A stretch of 64,000 bases of DNA. Origin: Macrostomum hystrix. Lineage: Eukaryota > Animalia > Platyhelminthes. Positions 62,567 to 64,000 of this stretch are shown piece after piece. The notes under the pieces are model-generated. The model did not search any database. It was not told the DNA's origin and worked only from the letters and a program-made list of their open reading frames with translations. The stretch covers positions 1,116,001 to 1,180,000 of the forward strand of contig CATNEN010000009.1 in NCBI GenBank assembly GCA_950097015.1, written 5' to 3'. The position numbers and the translations under genes are program-made. Numbering within the stretch: position 1 is the stretch's first letter; every line of letters starts with the position of its first letter.

Positions 62567-63769
62567 ATCCCCGCTGTGTGTTTTCCTCTCCTCATTGTAC
62601 CAGTATTTCTCCCCTCTGCTCTCCCCTCTGCTCTACCCTCTGCTCTCCCCTGTGCTCTCCTGTTTGTCTGCCCCTGAATTCAGTGCTTCGGATTCCATAG
62701 TTCATGTTGGACTCTCAGTAATGAAAGTCAGAAAAGTCTTCCATTCGTGTCTCACTGTAGCCACCAAAACATTAAGGCAATACTGTAAATTATGCTCAAA
62801 AGTTGCGAAACTTGGATCAGAAAATTATGCACAGAATAATAATAGGGATAAATTTGAGGCTAGGCTCAATCGCCATGTGGGCACCTGTGCGATCGCTCGC
62901 CCGGCCTAGTCGTGCTGTTTTCGTTTTTTTCTGCTGCGAAAAACACAGAGAAGAAGAAATCTCTCATCAATCTCTCGCCTCTCATGCCGCCCGCAATGCA
63001 CCGCAACGGCCCAATTCAAACAATGGCGCCCCCCCGCTCGGCAACCGGAAACCGGGCGGCGTCCATGCGGGCCTCGCTGAGCACACAGCTCCCCCCTCCA
63101 GGCCTCATCAACGTAGCAGCCGCCTGCTGCATCTCGGCTCCTCTTCCTGAGATCCGCCAGGAAATGCGAGACCGAAAATGAGGCGCAGGCTGTGGGGTGG
63201 ATGGCATTTTAGAGGCTGGCTGTCGCAGCAGCTGATGAAGAGAGAATTCCCCCCGGGACATTGTTCCCCGCTTTGTCTAGAGATCCCAGAGGGAAGCTTT
63301 TAGTTTGAGAAGTAAAACAGCAAAAAGTTCGGCCTGGCCAGAAGCCTTCAACACAGCGGGCTTTTTCTTCCTAAATTCTTCCCAAAACCAACAGCCCAGT
63401 GCTCGGATGGGATTTCAGCGGCTACCGGGGCGGAGGGGCTTGGAGCTCAGGAATTCAATGCCGCATGTTTGCTTGGCAACGCTCCGTGCGGTTGAATGCC
63501 TTCAGGGAAATTGGACAAAGTGTTTAACCTGAGGTACTCAGTGCTCGATCACGGTCTGGCAATGGACTGATGCTTTTCAATGCCTGCAGAACTTTGCTTT
63601 TAGCCGCGATTACTGCAGCAATTTCAAGCCCTGATTTCACAACACATCCTTATTAAATGAGCACAGATTTGTCTACTGAGAACGTCAATTGATAGTAACA
63701 ACGCTTCAACACAAAAATATGAGCAGATATGTTGTCTGCCGCTGTGTTCTCCGTCTTCTCCAATAACCC

Positions 63770-64000
63770 GTCTCTGATCGAGAGGTCGGGAGTTCGAATC
63801 TCAGCCGGAGGGACACAAATTGGGTCTTTGATCAAGACGATTAATTCCCCATCCCTTTTATGAATTAAAAAAAGCTGCAAAATGTGTACCGGCATTAAAG
63901 TACAGGTAAGAACTTGGGTGTGCGTAGCTTGCCCTGTCCCAGTCCATGGACTGAACAGCTGTACACGGAAAGTGTTGAGAAATCTAGAACCCACTCTCGC
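63770..64000 (+). mobile_element. SINE family B, copy 2 (runs off window)
   Basis: B-box GTTCGAATC; shared core with 12724-12930. Confidence 0.55.

Overview
Eukaryotic (animal) genomic DNA: GC-rich exons, GT-AG introns, and many intronic minisatellites, SINEs, MITEs and DNA transposons. The style resembles the flatworm Macrostomum, but that is an inference, not a database match. All splice models were built by hand from GT/AG sites and reading-phase checks. From 1-36 kb, all host genes lie on the minus strand: a 9-exon NACHT/STAND-like NTPase-TPR gene (1219 aa), two tandem Fic-domain genes lacking the FICD TM/TPR region, and a 4-exon gene predicted to join 24 near-identical ankyrin repeats to a cGAS-like (Mab-21/cGLR) nucleotidyltransferase with a complete catalytic triad (~1540 aa). 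The 7.6-kb intron of that gene holds a decayed Polinton/Maverick(adintovirus)-like segment, a deleted mariner and a piggyBac. Downstream are a micro-exon gene for a 124-aa MGC-lipidated Gly-rich protein, a head-to-tail Helitron dimer with nested hAT MITEs, ZDHHC3/7-like and KDM4-like genes, and an unidentified multi-exon gene with a weak cGLR-like motif. The strongest candidate for a new system is the ankyrin-cGLR with DARPin-like variable repeats inside a putative innate-immunity cluster.
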